A stretch of 64,000 nt of DNA from an uncultured Pseudomonadota bacterium (GCA_964647545.1 CAZYHS010000002.1:34695-98694); one strand, 5' to 3'. Positions 8,607 through 17,509 are shown, numbered from the stretch's first letter. The notes: generated by a model from the letters alone, not told the origin. Made by a program: numbers and translations.

Positions 8607-11181
8607 TTACCGAAAGAACGTAAGCCTTAAGGTCGAGATATCTCTTTGCCGTCGTCAAAACGTCCTGTCGGGTTACTTTTAATATCTTCTGCGGATACTG
8701 TTCCAGTTCGGCGATGCCCAGCCCGTAAAGTTCGTTGTAGGTGTAGCCGCTGGCCAGCGCGCTAACTCTCTGCTGGTCTAATTCGTAGGCTCCAACCATG
8801 TACTGTTTTGCGCGTTCGAGCTCTTCCGGCGAAACAAGCTCTTTGCTTATGAGCGACAGCTCGTTCTTGATGCCGTTAATGGCGGTCTCGGTTTTTGAGG
8901 GGTCGCAGCCGATGTAAACGGCGAAGTAGCCCTCTTCTGGGCCTACGTGCATGGTCGAGTTCACGGCATATGCGAGGCTCATCTTATCGCGCAGCGTCGA
9001 GAAGAGCCGGCCGCCTTGTCCGGCCAGAATGTGATTTAGCACGGCCAGTTTGTAATTGTCAGGCGAGCCGAGATGCGTCCCTAAAAATCCGAGAACGATG
9101 TGGGCTTGCTCTTTCCCCTTTTTTATTTTTTCGGCAGTAACGATATGTTTCGGCCGCACGATCTTTGCCTTTGGGGCTTTGAACCGGCCTATTTTTTTAA
9201 GGTCGATCCAGTCGTTCGCGAGCTTTTTTATCTCTTCGGGATTTACGTCTCCGACGACCGTGATGACAATGTCTGCCGGATTAAGATGGTTCTTCCAGAA
9301 TTTTCTGAGATCGTCGGCGGTCAGCGATGAAACCGTTTCTTTCGTTCCTGTGATGCGCATGCCGTAAGGGTGTTTGCCGTAAAGTGACTTCATGAACTGC
9401 GCAAAGGCCAGCCCCGTCAAATGGTCTTCCTGATTTTTTATCGTTTCGATCTGAAGGGCTTTTTCCTTTTCTACCTCTTTCTTATCGAACGACGGGGCGC
9501 ACATCACCTCGGCGAACATGCCGAAACCGTCGTAAAGTTTTTCACTTAAAAATTCGCAGCGCAGTCCGATAGCATTGCGTCCGCAGACCCCTTCGATCAT
9601 TCCGGCTATCGATTCGATCTTTTTGGCGACTTCGACAGCGTTGCGTTTTGCTGTTCCCTTTGTGATGCTTCTCGCGATGAGGTGTGAGATGCCGTTGTTC
9701 TTCGGAGTCTCGTGTCTTAGCCCGCCGTGCATCGCCGCGTAGATGGCGACAATCGGCAGGACGTGGTTTTCCCGAACGACAAGTTTAATGCCGTTCTTGA
9801 GGCGATAGAGTTTCGGCGCGCTCTTTTGCGATCTTTTCACGACGCTTGTTATTTTGTTCCTTGTGACCGCCGCCTCAAGGGCTTTCGCCGTCGGCTCTAC
9901 CTTCGCCTCTTTTGGGGAGAGGACTTCGAGCGTGCAGTTTTGAGGCGTCAGATATTTCATGGCAACGGCTCGTATCTCTTCGGCCGTCAGGTCGCCGAGT
10001 ACTTGAAAATAGCGCTTTTCAAATTCGTGGTCTCCGGCCGTCGCGGTGAAATAGGCGAATTTTGCCGACATGCCGCCGACCGTTTCCCGTTCGTAAACTT
10101 CGCTTGCGCGAATGTTTATCTTGGCGAGATTGAGCTCGTCGGCCGAAACGGTTTCGGTCGCAATTTTTTGTATCTCTTCCCAGATAGAATCGACAGCTTC
10201 GACAAGTTTTTCAGGTTGAGTGAGACCGCCTATCATGAACAGTCCCGGATATTTCGGCGTGAACGCGTAGCAATAGATCGTGTTCACGAGACGTTTTTTT
10301 TCCTTTACGATCTGCTCGAACCGGCTCGAATCGGCGCCGCCTAAAATGTGGGAAAGGACATCGAGCGCGGCTATGTCGGCGTGCGTAATTTCGGGGACGT
10401 GAAAGCCCATTATGAAATTGGTCGCCTGAATGTCCATCGAGCTTGTGTGAATCTTTAAGTTCGTTTGATGCGGCTCGGCCGGAACTACGACTGTTGGCGC
10501 GATGTTTTCGGGCTGTTTGAAACTTTCGAACGCTTTTGATATCTTTGAGAGCATGCTCTTGGTTTCAAAATCTCCGACCACGATGAACGTCATGTTCTTC
10601 GGCGTGTAGTGGCGCTTGTAGAACGAAAGGACCGTGCTTCGGTCGAACGATTTAACGACGTTTTCAAAACCTATGATGGGCCGGCCGTAAGTGTGCTTTG
10701 AAAATGCGTGCCTAAAAAGATTTTCACTGACGACGTGCCCGGGGTTGTCCTTACCTCTGCGGATCTCTTCGCAGATGACCTCAAGTTCGCGTTCCAGCTC
10801 CTGCTCGTCGAATAGCGGATTAATAACGGCGTCGGAAAGTATTTCGAGGCCTTTGTCCGAAAACCTGCTGGCCATGTTAACGTAAAAAACCGTCTGGTCG
10901 AAGCTTGTGTAGGCGTTTATGTCGCCGCCGGCGGCCTCTATTTCGCGGGCAACGGCGCTCACAGGACGCGTCGGCGTCCCTTTGAAGATCATGTGTTCGA
11001 TAACGTGACAAAGTCCGGCTTCGGCGTTGGTTTCGACGGCCGAACCGACGTTGACCAGAACGCTAAGACTGATGACGGGGGCGGAGTGATTTTCGCACAG
11101 CAGAACATCCATTCCGTTTGGGAGCGTGAATTTTGTAGTTTGCATGCACCGGTTTATAAGTGAGAGGGTGCCAAACGACAA
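8596..11181 (-). CDS. Tandem-domain M16 (pitrilysin/insulinase) family zinc peptidase
   Basis: The inverted zinc-binding motif HxxEH (CHVIEHMIFKGT) lies near the N-terminus. At 861 aa it is consistent with two fused M16 active/inactive halves. Confidence 0.85.
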   Translation of the reverse strand: MSFGTLSLINRCMQTTKFTLPNGMDVLLCENHSAPVISLSVLVNVGSAVETNAEAGLCHVIEHMIFKGTPTRPVSAVAREIEAAGGDINAYTSFDQTVFYVNMASRFSDKGLEILSDAVINPLFDEQELERELEVICEEIRRGKDNPGHVVSENLFRHAFSKHTYGRPIIGFENVVKSFDRSTVLSFYKRHYTPKNMTFIVVGDFETKSMLSKISKAFESFKQPENIAPTVVVPAEPHQTNLKIHTSSMDIQATNFIMGFHVPEITHADIAALDVLSHILGGADSSRFEQIVKEKKRLVNTIYCYAFTPKYPGLFMIGGLTQPEKLVEAVDSIWEEIQKIATETVSADELNLAKINIRASEVYERETVGGMSAKFAYFTATAGDHEFEKRYFQVLGDLTAEEIRAVAMKYLTPQNCTLEVLSPKEAKVEPTAKALEAAVTRNKITSVVKRSQKSAPKLYRLKNGIKLVVRENHVLPIVAIYAAMHGGLRHETPKNNGISHLIARSITKGTAKRNAVEVAKKIESIAGMIEGVCGRNAIGLRCEFLSEKLYDGFGMFAEVMCAPSFDKKEVEKEKALQIETIKNQEDHLTGLAFAQFMKSLYGKHPYGMRITGTKETVSSLTADDLRKFWKNHLNPADIVITVVGDVNPEEIKKLANDWIDLKKIGRFKAPKAKIVRPKHIVTAEKIKKGKEQAHIVLGFLGTHLGSPDNYKLAVLNHILAGQGGRLFSTLRDKMSLAYAVNSTMHVGPEEGYFAVYIGCDPSKTETAINGIKNELSLISKELVSPEELERAKQYMVGAYELDQQRVSALASGYTYNELYGLGIAELEQYPQKILKVTRQDVLTTAKRYLDLKAYVLSVIKP

Positions 11182-11205
11182 GACAAAAGTACGACCAAAG
11201 ATGCT

Positions 11206-12021
11206 CTAATAAAGGCGTTGATTGGTGCCGAATCGTGTGACGACCACGGCGCCAAGCCCCATGAACCATAGCATAGTTTTGACGAACGCTCCGACGACGG
11301 GGATAAGCGCGATCAAACCGATGGCTACAAATCCGACAAGGACCTCAAGCAGCATTGGTTGGTTCGGTTTTTTTATGGCGTTGAAAAATTTCAAACCGAT
11401 GAGCTGGCACATCGCCGCAAATCCGAAGAAGGTTGCGGCCGATACAAGCACTACAAGAACTGGGATCAGCGGAATTCCGACTATCGTTATAAGCAGCATT
11501 ACGCTTACAGGCGCCAGCAAAATGCTAGCGGCGATTCCGGCCAGAAGAGCTTTCCAAGGATGCATCTGCGTGAAATGCGAAACTCTGCCGATGTGAGCCG
11601 TGAAAAACAGGGCGCAAAGAATTAAAAGTGCGAACATCCCAGCGAGTATCAGCAGCGCGAGCGCCGCGACCACCCAGCTTCCCAGCAGGGGGAGAGTCAG
11701 CCACATTCCGTCGGTAGGAAGGCTTATCGGAGCTTTGGCGAAAAACGCCCCTTCACCTTTTTCGGTGTCGCCGAAGAAGACGACCGTGGAGCCTTCGACC
11801 CGTCCGCTTGGGCCCACTTCGACGTCGCCGCCGATGACAATAAGGTCTTTTGTAACCGTGCCCGACAACGCAACGTCGCCGCCGATGACTACGACGTGTT
11901 CGAGTTGATCGCCTGAGGGGATCGAAACATCTTCGCCGATCTTAACCAGATCTTTTGCCAGAGATGTCGCCGGAATTAGTGCAGCCGCCAATAGACAGAC
12001 GATCAATAGTTTTTTCAGCAT
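11206..12021 (-). CDS. Secreted/membrane protein with an N-terminal signal peptide, a short beta-helix-like (bactofilin/DUF-like) repeat region and a polytopic C-terminal membrane domain
   Basis: The start MLKKLLIVCLLAAALIPATSLA has a strong RBS (ggggga) 8 nt upstream. The longer ORF to 12072 lacks an RBS. The repeats read DVALSGTV / IVIGGDVEVGPSG. It lies immediately upstream of, and co-directional with, the M16 peptidase gene. Confidence 0.65.
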   Translation of the reverse strand: MLKKLLIVCLLAAALIPATSLAKDLVKIGEDVSIPSGDQLEHVVVIGGDVALSGTVTKDLIVIGGDVEVGPSGRVEGSTVVFFGDTEKGEGAFFAKAPISLPTDGMWLTLPLLGSWVVAALALLILAGMFALLILCALFFTAHIGRVSHFTQMHPWKALLAGIAASILLAPVSVMLLITIVGIPLIPVLVVLVSAATFFGFAAMCQLIGLKFFNAIKKPNQPMLLEVLVGFVAIGLIALIPVVGAFVKTMLWFMGLGAVVVTRFGTNQRLY

Positions 12022-12178
12022 GATTCCCCCTGTTTTTTTGTAATAATTACACCCGTAACGGGTTTTAGTCAACGGTGCCCTAGCGTCTCTTGCGTTATTT
12101 CCTGCCCATTTTATGACGACGCTCGGGCAATTATTTCCAGTTGCACTTTGAGGTCCATGCGGCTAAAAGTCCGCACCT

Positions 12179-13888
12179 ATGCGTTATCCGTTGTTTTGCT
12201 CGCTGATACCGTCCGAATTTTTATCCGGACTCGGTGCAAGGCACGAGCTTCTTACACACGACAAGCTGAAGGGGTTTGTCCCTTGCGAATATCAGTGCGT
12301 CTTTCACGAAAACCTTTGTTCTTATTCGAAGGTTCTTTTCGAGCATATTTCGTCGGCGACTCCCGCCTACGATTTTGTCGTGATCCCGGCCTCGTGCGAC
12401 GCTATGCGCAAGTTGTATTCGGCGCTGCAGGAAAAACTTCCGCGCGAGAAGCTTTTCTATTTCGATTTTCCGCGCGGCGGCGATCGTCTGGCGGTAGAGT
12501 TTTTTGCCGGAGAGTTGGCGAGGCTGAAGGAATTTGTCTCTTCTCATCCCCTAGGCATTGATCGGGAATCAGCTGCGTTCAATGGATCCCAGCTTAATAC
12601 CGCAGAAATGACAGCCGGTGCCGACATCACTTTGCCCGAAGAGGCCGCGAAAGGCGTCGGCGTGATCGGTTCGAACGTTGACCAGACCGCAATATCAAAG
12701 GCCGCCGAACTTTTTGGCGTGAAGCTTGTCGGAATATCCCGATGTATCGACAGAGCGGCCCCCGACGCTGCGATCATGAAAATGGTTTCGTCCAAAGCCT
12801 CTTTGAAAGAACTCGCGGCGGCTTACATAGACAGCAACCGCTGCCCGCGCAGCTTCAGGCCGCAGCGCCCGAAAGATATCGCTTCCGACGTTAAAAAAAG
12901 CGGCGTCAGCGCGCTTATTATCAGCACTTTAAAATTTTGCGATTTTTATCCGTTCGATCTTGTCGAGCTTGGGCGCGAACTGAAAGATATGCCCGTTTTA
13001 ATGCTCGAACATGATCTTACGTCAACAGACGAAGGGCAGATCATGACAAGACTTGGAGCTTTTTTTGAAAGTGTTTTCAGAGGTCGGCCCCGCGGCCCGT
13101 CCAAAAAACCTGTCGCCGGTTTTTTCGCCGGCGTCGATTCGGGCTCTCACGCAACAAAGGTCGTCATTGTGGACGGAAGCGGAAGATCGGTCGCCGAAGC
13201 CGTCGTCGCTACCGGAACTTCGGTGAAAAAGAGCGCGGAAGAGGCCCTCAAAAAAGCGATGAACGATTCAGAAATTTCGCGCCGCGACATTTCGCGCATC
13301 GTCGCCACCGGCTACGGAAGGGCCAATATAGATTTCGCCGACGAAAGAGTGACCGAGATCACCTGTCACGCGCTGGGGGCTCACGCGCGGCTTGGACACA
13401 AGGTCACCATCATCGATATCGGAGGTCAGGATTCAAAGGCCATCAGGGTCGCCTCCGACGGTTCGGTTGAAAAGTTCGCGATGAACGATAAATGCGCCGC
13501 AGGCACCGGACGCTTTCTGGAGGTCATCGCAGACCGTCTCGAAATGTCGTTGAGCGAATTTGCACAAATTGCCGGTCGAGCCAAAAAAGCGACTCCGGTG
13601 TCAAGCATGTGCTCGGTCTTTGCCGAGTCGGAGGTTATTTCGCTCATCGCGTCGGGCCAGCCGAAAGAGGCGATCGCAAAGGGGATACACGAAGCCATCG
13701 CCCTGAGAACGGTATCGCTTGTCAGACGCATAGACGGCGCCGAACCTTTCTATATGACCGGCGGAGTCGCCAAAAATCTTGCGCTGGTGGAAGAATTATC
13801 CAAAGGGCTCAACGCCGAGCTCAAGGTCGTGACGAATCCGCAAACGGTCGGCGCGCACGGCGCCGCCATATTTGCCTCCAGAATTTAG
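12179..13888 (+). CDS. 2-hydroxyacyl-CoA dehydratase/benzoyl-CoA reductase family subunit (N-terminal ~300 aa) fused to a C-terminal CoA-substrate-specific enzyme activase (BadF/BadG/BcrA/BcrD ATPase)
   Basis: The N-terminus (YPLFCSLIPSEFL) is of the HgdB/HgdA dehydratase type. The C-terminal half has the actin-like ATPase motif AGVDSGSHATKVVIVD and both cluster-bridging cysteines characteristic of HgdC-type activases (ITCHALGA; NDKCAAGTGRFLE). Confidence 0.75.
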   Translation: MRYPLFCSLIPSEFLSGLGARHELLTHDKLKGFVPCEYQCVFHENLCSYSKVLFEHISSATPAYDFVVIPASCDAMRKLYSALQEKLPREKLFYFDFPRGGDRLAVEFFAGELARLKEFVSSHPLGIDRESAAFNGSQLNTAEMTAGADITLPEEAAKGVGVIGSNVDQTAISKAAELFGVKLVGISRCIDRAAPDAAIMKMVSSKASLKELAAAYIDSNRCPRSFRPQRPKDIASDVKKSGVSALIISTLKFCDFYPFDLVELGRELKDMPVLMLEHDLTSTDEGQIMTRLGAFFESVFRGRPRGPSKKPVAGFFAGVDSGSHATKVVIVDGSGRSVAEAVVATGTSVKKSAEEALKKAMNDSEISRRDISRIVATGYGRANIDFADERVTEITCHALGAHARLGHKVTIIDIGGQDSKAIRVASDGSVEKFAMNDKCAAGTGRFLEVIADRLEMSLSEFAQIAGRAKKATPVSSMCSVFAESEVISLIASGQPKEAIAKGIHEAIALRTVSLVRRIDGAEPFYMTGGVAKNLALVEELSKGLNAELKVVTNPQTVGAHGAAIFASRI

Positions 13889-13897
13889 GGAACGAAA

Positions 13898-15193
13898 ATG
13901 GGTGCTAAACAAAAAATAGCCGGCGTCGGCATGAAATTCGTTAGAAAGGGGACGCTCGATCCGGCAAAGATGCTGAAGATAATGTCGCCGGTCGATAGAG
14001 TCCTGTCGCGAAATCTGTCAAAGACCGGCAGATACATTCGTCGGAATCAGCTCAAATACATCGCCGAAGCGCTAAAGGCCGAGAACCTGCGCGCATGGAC
14101 GAGCGTTCTTTTTCCGGCCGAAATTCTTCATCCGTTCGGGGTTTTACCTCTGAGTCTTGAGATACTTTCCGGAATTTTTTCAACTGTCGGGCTCTCGCGC
14201 GAGTTCCTCAATATTTCTCAGTCGTTCGGAGCGCCTCAGACGATATGCTCGTTTCACAGGCTGCTGGTGGGGCTTGCCAAGAGCCGATATTTCGCTCCGC
14301 CTAAATTTGTTGCGGCGACCTCGTTACTTTGTGACGGCAATCTTAAATCGTTTGCCGAAGCGGCCCGCGAAAGCGGCTCGGAGTTCGTTTATCTCGACAT
14401 CCCGTTCGAAGAAACAGCCCATTCGGTAAAATATTTGAAAGAGCAGCTTGAGGCCGCGGCCAGAAAGTTTGCCGAGGGGACGGGACAGAGATATTCGCTC
14501 GATGCGGTTAAACACTCGGTCACGCTGGCCGATAAGGGGCTCAAGCTCCTTTCGGACATCTGGAGCAAAAGGATCTCGGAACAGAACAATCTTTTTCGCG
14601 GCTACGAAATGGCGAACTTCTGTTTTCCGTCGCACTATCTTTTGGGGAGCCCGCTGCTTATCGACCTTTCTAACCGTGTTCTTAAAGGTCTTGCCGACAA
14701 AACCGACCGCAACAAAAAATACAAGACCCGCGCCCTTTCTAAAAAGGCAAAGCGCCTTATGTGGATGCACATCGTTCCTCAATACGACACGCGCATGTGG
14801 GATCTGCTCGACGACGGGGTTAATGCAAAGATCGTCTGTGAGGAGTACACGGCCCCGTATTGCTTTGGCTATGACGTGAACGACCCGTTCGGCTCGATAG
14901 CCCGCCGTTTGATACGGCATCCGTCTAACGGGCCGCTCTCCAGACGCGTCGAACACTCTCTTAGCGTGGCGAAAGATTTTAATGTTGACGGAGTCGTCCA
15001 TTATTCGAGCTGGGGATGTCATCAGGCGACGGGGAACGTCTCAATAATTGAAAAAGAATTTGAAAAGTGGGGGTTTAAATTTTTAAATCTCAACGGCGAC
15101 GCGGTTGACGCCAACAATACGACATTTGAGCAGCATCGCACACGCATTGAGGCCTTTCTCGAAGACATGTTCAGCACCGCGTCTTTGAAATGA
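13898..15193 (+). CDS. 2-hydroxyacyl-CoA dehydratase family subunit (HgdA/HgdB-like partner)
   Basis: The C-terminal region (GVVHYSSWGCHQATGNVSIIEKEFEKWGFKFLNLNGDAVD ... HRTRIEAF) matches the conserved C-terminus of the 2-hydroxyglutaryl-CoA dehydratase family. It starts 9 nt after the upstream activase-fusion gene. Confidence 0.7.
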   Translation: MGAKQKIAGVGMKFVRKGTLDPAKMLKIMSPVDRVLSRNLSKTGRYIRRNQLKYIAEALKAENLRAWTSVLFPAEILHPFGVLPLSLEILSGIFSTVGLSREFLNISQSFGAPQTICSFHRLLVGLAKSRYFAPPKFVAATSLLCDGNLKSFAEAARESGSEFVYLDIPFEETAHSVKYLKEQLEAAARKFAEGTGQRYSLDAVKHSVTLADKGLKLLSDIWSKRISEQNNLFRGYEMANFCFPSHYLLGSPLLIDLSNRVLKGLADKTDRNKKYKTRALSKKAKRLMWMHIVPQYDTRMWDLLDDGVNAKIVCEEYTAPYCFGYDVNDPFGSIARRLIRHPSNGPLSRRVEHSLSVAKDFNVDGVVHYSSWGCHQATGNVSIIEKEFEKWGFKFLNLNGDAVDANNTTFEQHRTRIEAFLEDMFSTASLK

Positions 15194-15240
15194 TAAACTG
15201 GGGGTTTTAGGCTCTAAAGGCCGGAATGACATCGTAAACA

Positions 15241-15345
15241 GTTAATTCGGTTAGGTCCGTTATTTCCGTTAACGGACTAAACGGAAATATCCGAACTAAC
15301 GGAATTAACCGAAATAACCGACGCAACTGGCCTAACCGAATCAAC
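15241..15345. repeat. Intergenic repeat element built from degenerate CCGTTAA / CGGTTAG / TAACCGA-type units (copy 1 of a dispersed family)
   Basis: It reads ...ggtccgttatttccgttaacggactaaacggaaatatccgaactaacggaattaaccgaaataaccgacgcaactggcctaaccgaatc... It has internal hairpins (tatttccgtt / aacggaaata). Motifs such as ccgttatttccgtt, gaattaaccga and ctaaccga recur at 26791-26883 and 38515-38596. Confidence 0.7.
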
Positions 15346-15346
15346 A

Positions 15347-15490
15347 AATTCAGGCGACTTATGTTTCAAGGGCCTCTCGCAGATCGATGCATCAAATGGC
15401 CTTGGTGCCGCATCGATCGAGAGTGGAGGTGCGTTTGCAGGCCGCAACCTGCAAACGACACAGTCCCTTGAAACATAAGTTGCCTGAAAG
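15347..15490 (+). other. Highly structured ~140-nt element: a 26-bp terminal inverted repeat enclosing two internal hairpins. It is a candidate cis-regulatory RNA or a miniature inverted-repeat element upstream of ogt.
   Basis: The outer arms are ttcaggcgacttatgtttcaaggg (15347-15372) and cccttgaaacataagttgcctgaa (15465-15490), which are complementary with one G-U position. Inner hairpin 1 spans 15374-15423 (ctctcg-ca-gatcgatgc ... gcatcgatcgagag). Inner hairpin 2 spans 15432-15457 (cgtttgcagg ccgcaa cctgcaaacg). It ends 45 nt before the ogt start. Confidence 0.6.
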
Positions 15491-15534
15491 TGTGTTCGGG
15501 AGATCCCCGCTTAATATCGCGGGAATGACAATGA

Positions 15535-15828
15535 ATGTTTAAAAATATTCAAATCGATTTTTCAAAGCTCGGCGGCACGCCTTTTCAAAACCGCGTCTGG
15601 AAAGAAATTCACAAGGTAAAATTCGGCAGAACTCTCACTTACAAAGAGCTCGCGCGTCGCGTCGGCCGGCCAAAAGCTTACAGAGCCACAGCTTCCGCGT
15701 GCGGAAAAAATCCGCTCCCGCTAATTATTCCGTGCCACAGAATTGTCGCGTCGAACGGCATCGGCGGGTTTTCGCTTGGCGTCGGACTGAAGCGGTGGCT
15801 TCTTTCGATCGAAGGCCTTTCCTACTGA
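15535..15828 (+). CDS. ogt: Short methylated-DNA-protein-cysteine methyltransferase (Ogt/MGMT C-terminal DNA-binding/active-site domain only)
   Basis: It has the active-site PCHR motif (IIPCHRIVASNG) and a helix-turn-helix (LTYKELARRVGRPKAYRA). At 97 aa it lacks the usual N-terminal domain. Confidence 0.8.
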   Translation: MFKNIQIDFSKLGGTPFQNRVWKEIHKVKFGRTLTYKELARRVGRPKAYRATASACGKNPLPLIIPCHRIVASNGIGGFSLGVGLKRWLLSIEGLSY

Positions 15829-15843
15829 AAATTCTTTTAACTT

Positions 15844-17118
15844 TTAATCGGCTTTTTTAGGCTCCTCTTTGAGAAAGCGAATGGCCGTAAAAAATCCCAG
15901 CAGCGCTAGCAGAGCGGTTGGATAGAAAGCAAAAGTGTAGCAGCCAAAGACGTCTTTTGCCTGACCGGAAATTATTCCTCCGACAATCGCGCCGATCCCG
16001 TAGGCCAGAAAGAGCGTGCCGTAGTTTCTTGCGTGATTTGCAACTCCGAAATAGACGGCGGTTGAAGTGGGGGCTATCGCAAGCCAGCCTCCTAGGCACA
16101 GCCAAAATCCAGAAAATGCCGCAACGTAAAGGGTGACGCTCTCAGGTTTGGCAAAAAGCATCAGGACCGACATTGCAAAAATGACGGCGAAATTTATTGC
16201 CGCCGCAGTGCGTGGAGATGTCCTGTCGGTGATGGCTCCGAAGAGTGGGCGTCCGACAGCGTTGAAAAGGGCGAAAATCCCTACAAGTCCGGCGGCTGTC
16301 GTGCCGGTCATTTTGATGACCTCGCTCCCGACAGGTTTTGAAATGCCTATCGCCATAAGGCCGGCGATGCTGCCGGCCAGAAAACAGACAAACAGACCCC
16401 AAAACTTTCTTGTTCTTAGCATTTCAGGGACAGAGAAATTTTTTTCCGTCGCTTGGACTCTTTTTGGCCGCCAGCCCGAAGGCTTCCAGTTTTTTGGCGG
16501 CAGGGTGAATAGCATGGAAAGCAAAACAAGCGCCCCCGTGAAGGCCAGTCCGAAGATTATAAATGTGTTCGGCAGCGAGATCGCCAGCTCTTCGGGGAGG
16601 AGTTCGTGAATATCTCCGATAAGTATGATGGCTATCTTGCCGGTTAAGAACGCCGATCCGCCGAAGCCGGCCAGCATTAACCCTGTGGCAAGCCCTTGCC
16701 GGTCCGGAAACCATCGGGCGCCGACGGCAATCGGACACGGATAGACCAGCCCGACTCCCGAGCCGGCAATAACACCGTAAGTCAAAACCAGCATCCACAC
16801 GTTGGACGCAAATCCCGAAAGCATCCAGCCAAGACCAACCAGCACGCTCCCCGCGAGGGCCATTTGTCGCACTCCGAACTTCTCTATGAAAAAACCGCCG
16901 ACAAACATCGTCACCGAAAAACAAAGTATGAATGTCATGAACGGAAAATTGCCGTGAGAAGCCGACGCTTCGAAAAGTTTTTCGACGGCCGGTTTAAAAA
17001 TGCTGTAGGTGTAAACGCTACCGAGGCAGAGATTCATTGCAAAGCCAGCAGCCACAAGCAGCCATCGGGAATTTTCCGGCTTGAGTCCGAACAGACGTTC
17101 GCTCGTCAGGTTTTCCAT
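15844..17118 (-). CDS. MFS transporter (oxalate/formate antiporter-like subfamily)
   Basis: It is 424 aa with 12 predicted TM helices and an MFS-type two-half layout with a central cytoplasmic loop (PPKNWKPSGWRPKRVQATEK). Confidence 0.8.
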   Translation of the reverse strand: MENLTSERLFGLKPENSRWLLVAAGFAMNLCLGSVYTYSIFKPAVEKLFEASASHGNFPFMTFILCFSVTMFVGGFFIEKFGVRQMALAGSVLVGLGWMLSGFASNVWMLVLTYGVIAGSGVGLVYPCPIAVGARWFPDRQGLATGLMLAGFGGSAFLTGKIAIILIGDIHELLPEELAISLPNTFIIFGLAFTGALVLLSMLFTLPPKNWKPSGWRPKRVQATEKNFSVPEMLRTRKFWGLFVCFLAGSIAGLMAIGISKPVGSEVIKMTGTTAAGLVGIFALFNAVGRPLFGAITDRTSPRTAAAINFAVIFAMSVLMLFAKPESVTLYVAAFSGFWLCLGGWLAIAPTSTAVYFGVANHARNYGTLFLAYGIGAIVGGIISGQAKDVFGCYTFAFYPTALLALLGFFTAIRFLKEEPKKAD

Positions 17119-17151
17119 GTGAGATTTTCTCCGGTCTATTTTTTCAGGACT

Positions 17152-17424
17152 TTAATAGCGCACCGAAAAAAAAGCAAATTCGTTCGTCGCGGGCAGATAT
17201 TCAAATTTCACTTCGTCAACTTTTGAGGCCGCCGGCCCTAGGTAGAGCCACTCAAGCAGTTCTTCAAGGGCCGCTTTTTCACCTTCGGCCATCACTTCGA
17301 CAGAGCCGTCATCTAAATTTTTCACCCAACCGGTAAGACGCAGATTCTTTGCCTGCGTTTCGGTGTTGGCGCGAAAGAAAACTCCCTGAACTTTTCCATA
17401 GACTTTTGCGTGCAGTCGTTTCAT
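17152..17424 (-). CDS. acyP: Acylphosphatase
   Basis: It has the motifs VYGKVQGVFFR and GWVKNLDDGSVEV. The start MKRLHAK at 17424 has an RBS aaggaaaa. At 91 aa it is typical of the family. Confidence 0.8.
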   Translation of the reverse strand: MKRLHAKVYGKVQGVFFRANTETQAKNLRLTGWVKNLDDGSVEVMAEGEKAALEELLEWLYLGPAASKVDEVKFEYLPATNEFAFFSVRY

Positions 17425-17509
17425 GTGTAAAGTTTTCCTTACACAAAAGGCTAATAAATTCAAGTCTTTATGTTGATTTTAAAAAAGTCGGATTTTTATG
17501 AAAATAGTT

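Noticed and set aside
11206-12072. Longer start (MTKTRYG...) for the secreted beta-helix/membrane protein
   Set aside because: It has no RBS and would place 17 non-signal residues before an otherwise canonical signal peptide. The internal Met at 12021 has a strong RBS.
14324-15022. 232-aa minus-strand ORF
   Set aside because: It is antisense to the HgdA-like dehydratase subunit, which has a conserved family C-terminus on the + strand.
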